This document shows positions 60,656 to 64,000 of a DNA stretch of 64,000 nt, one piece after another. The notes beneath the pieces are model-generated. The model made no database searches. It was not told the DNA's origin and saw only the letters and a list, made by a program, of their open reading frames with translations. This stretch comes from Lytechinus pictus. Lineage: Eukaryota. Position 1 is the stretch's first letter. Every line of letters starts with the position of its first letter. The DNA lies in the NCBI RefSeq assembly GCF_037042905.1, contig NC_087245.1, positions 39,742,001 to 39,806,000 of the forward strand. The letters run 5' to 3'. The position numbers were made by a program, and so were the translations under genes.

Positions 60656-63446
60656 CAACTCGTTAAAGCATCTCATGAGCAGATCTTATTCATCTACTAG
60701 TATTATACTAAGTCCTAATTCCTCCGCCAATAAAATAGTTCCGAAATCTTAGTGACACCTGTATTTTTCTTTCATTTGCACAAAATTTGTTCAGTGGTTG
60801 CTCATTCTTTGTTTATATAATCAGTCTAATCAATATACATACTCTTTTTTGTAATCAACTTACCAAAAAAAAAATGAGAATGGGTTGGGTCGAATGAATA
60901 TCTTTAGCTTTCTGTTGTAGATCGTCAATTCTTGGAGAAAAGATGGGGGCGTATATCGATACAAAACGTATTGTCATGATATAAAATATGAGTATAAAGC
61001 TCCTATGATCTTCGAATGATTCTCATGAGACATTTTATTTTGCATGTTTAGCCTTCAATTTATTTAGTTAGCAAGGAGTTATACCCCTCCAATAAATTTT
61101 AATGAACTAAAATGTCTCTTTTAGACGATATCGCGTGACTAATTCCAAATCTATTGATTGATTGATCGACTAAATTTCCAAAGCTACTATCACATAATTA
61201 GAATTTAATTTCAAAATAATTTTAAAGGCCAAAATTTTCTGGCTTGCTTCGCTCGCTGGCTACTTTTTCAAAATTAATTATTCCACATTTGCTTTGGTGT
61301 GCTGCCTCAACATATTTTGTTTATTATCCTCAACTGCGTTGAACTTAATATAATATGTGGTGTATGTACCCGCGATTTGATAAAAAATGGCCATCTGCAA
61401 TGTTTAAAAATATCACGAGGTTCCGGGGGCTCCGCCCCAGACCAGTGCATGGCGCCACCGAATGGGGATGCCCCATTGAGCCCCCCCCCCCCCCCCCCCC
61501 GAAATTTGAAGGAAAAAAAATGTATATAATTCTCCAAAAATGTTTTTAGTTCTTTAAATTTTCACAATTTTCTCATCCATTCACCGTCACAGCATTTAGC
61601 TCCCAACAATTTTAGTCACTAACATAAATCTTTCAGGCCATTATATAAAATTCAAAATGTAGCTCGCGCTACGCGCTCGCAGTTATTAATGATTATCTTT
61701 TCACATGGGGCTTAAAAATCCAATATTATTAGAGTTTTCATTATTCGTTTTAGCAAGATACATTATCCTAATTGTGCTCATGACTTTTATCTATATGACA
61801 ACACATTGGTTTGGTAAGCCTTGAACATAAATTTTGGCTTTAATAGACATTATTCTTTCCACTTCAATATAGTGGAAACACCTGAACCTCGTCGTAAATC
61901 TTAAATGTACATGATAAATGATTTTTCTTTCTTTTCTCCCCTTTTACATAAAATTCAACTTATGTTTAGTAAAAATTCATTGTTTCTATATTGATTATTT
62001 GGTATAGCATGGTTCATTCATCTTCTGGGCTATTTTATAATATTTTTGATCATTATAAAGTCTCGCTCACCAAAGTTAATTCAATTTCTTTTTTTTAATA
62101 AGTAATCTCTTTGTGATTTTGGTCGCCTATCTGTTTCATGCCTTGTTAGATAAATACAACAATAAAGGAAATTCCATTGCTGTGAGTCCTGAATGGCACA
62201 GATAGTTCAACGCTCCTAATTTGTTTTTACATTCAATTCAACATCTCTTCTAGCTACCCAGGCCGAACAGGTACGGGACTGGAGACTACGTCACACGTGA
62301 TTATGTTGTGTATTGCAGACGCCACTGCCCTCTCCGGTATGGGTATCAATACCGGAGGATTTCCCGCGCGAAAATTAATCGAATTAATTAAGCCGAATTA
62401 ATCTCCTTATAGGCGTCAGTCTCCCTTCACGCCTGCACGACCTGATTTAAAACAGTCACTGCATAGTTCAGAAGTGTATTATTGTGTCAATAATGGTACC
62501 ACCTTGCACCGATTACTTACGATACAAATATTTTCTCGTAATTAACCTAAAGCCTCGATCTTTTCCTTTCTTTTTATGCAAATACACTGTCCCGATATTA
62601 CTATGAAGAATTTGCTTCGATTCACGCCTCAAACTGTCGCCATTTGGTTAGATAAGTCATTTGTCATTTGTCTACATGATAAAGGAGGGACTCTCTTCCT
62701 CCCAAATAACCCAAATAACTCAATTAACGCTAAACAGATCAGTGCGTTCACACCATGACCATTATGAACCAGGGCCTTTATGCAGTCAGTATCATTGTTG
62801 TATTCACATTATTTTGTATTAACTTTTCTCTCCTTCCACATATTTTGCCATCATTAAATGCAATTTTTTTTTCCACTTTATCCATTTACATCTGACCTTA
62901 ATTAACTTTGTTTTCAAAGTCAGAGTTCTTATTTTTCCATTGTCTTAAGATATGAATAAACACTTTGCTATTGAATGCGTATGATTCATATTAATTCATT
63001 TCTGCTCCATACTTATAACAGGGTGTAATTTCAAAAAAGTATATATTTTCGTTTTGTGAAATCGGGTTCTCGCTTGAACATCCCTTATACATGATACGTC
63101 ATTTTAATTTACCATTATTTTGCTCTCTACTGCCCTCTACAGGTGCCTTCGTGGGCTCAAGCAACGGACAATGCACATGCTCAAAACTGCGGCTTGCTCA
63201 CCCTTCAATACACAATAAGCGGACTTCCTTTGCCTCTTCTCTCATCACGCTCGTAGGTTCCTTGAACCGCCTTTGTGTATCGTGCTTTGTATGTTGTAAG
63301 TTCCCTTTCTGTTCGTTTTTGCTTCAGTACCTCTTCTCATTGTATCTGTTCCTGACCGGGACTTGTATTTCAGATTTCACTGTTCCTGTTATAGACATTT
63401 TAATGTCATCTAAACAAAAAAATGCGTTTTCTGATTTTTCTTTAAT

Positions 63447-64000
63447 ATGGCAAATTCGGTAGATACACCATTCAATTCAATTAACGATGATGACTTTCTT
63501 GACCTGTTTAGACCACCATTAGTAGAAGGTGAATCAAACATAAATCCCTATGTTACTTCCTTTGAAAATCATGTTACAGACAAATTTAATTCATCGTCAC
63601 AAGAGTTGAATTATGATTTTGACACTGATAACCAATTTCAAAGTCCATGTTCTGAATACGTCACCCACAACCAGTTTAATAATGTTGTTAAGGAATTTGA
63701 TAACTCCTCTTTTTCTCTTATACACCTTAATATTAGGAGCATTAATAAACACTTTGATGAATTACGGTTACTTTTGAATAATCCCACCATGCAAACATTT
63801 TCAGTAGTAGGTCTAACCGAAACATGGCTTTCTCATGATTCAAGCCTTCCATTCGCTCTCGATGGATATGATCTTTTAGTTAACAACAGACAAAATAGGA
63901 TGGGTGGGGGCGTTGCGTTATATGTTTCACAATCCTATGATTATGTAGTTCGAGACGAACTTAACAGCATGACTGATACAATTGAATCTCTTTTTATTGA
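63447..64000 (+). mobile_element. CR1/L2-group LINE ORF2 N-terminus (AP endonuclease), runs off the window
   Basis: Manual translation from ATG 63447 stays open to the edge: MANSVDTPF...FSLIHLNIRSINKHFDEL...VVGLTETWL...DGY..NNR..GGGVALYV...IESLFI. Confidence 0.88.

Noticed and set aside
60921-62390. Candidate last SDR exons after AG at 60920 or ~62253
   Set aside because: The translations show no convincing similarity to RDH8/HSD17B1 C-termini, and the first acceptor lies in a dispersed repeat.

Overview
AT-rich, intron- and repeat-dense eukaryotic genomic DNA. It is probably a marine invertebrate deuterostome such as a sea urchin, inferred from repeat style only. There are two assembly gaps (3593-3737, 26188-26453). 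Three spliced host genes lie on the + strand: (1) an extracellular, probably GPI-anchored alpha-carbonic anhydrase, with five exons at 23253-27795 and the signal-peptide exon not found; (2) a complete two-exon MYORG-like GH31 glycosidase at 37362-39957 (657 aa); (3) an RDH8/HSD17B1-like short-chain dehydrogenase, with four exons at 53342-59416 and the last exon not found. A full-length, apparently very young BEL/Pao LTR retrotransposon occupies 41793-50812, with 1082-bp LTRs, a CTAAC target duplication and an intact 1896-aa ORF. Also present: a 5'-truncated L1/Tx1 copy with a 12-bp TSD, the start of a CR1/L2-group ORF2 at the right edge, tRNA-derived SINEs, a Helentron/HINE-type tandem-repeat element and many MITEs. 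The top finding is that the BEL element has no tRNA primer-binding site. Instead, the 9 nt after the 5' LTR are perfectly complementary to a 9-mer at a plausible start site inside its own LTR, which is the geometry of Tf1-type self-priming. Other notable findings are a stack of three P-element-like footprints sharing one 7-bp target, a hairpin array in the BEL 3' UTR, and SDR splice acceptors that all overlap donor-like motifs.
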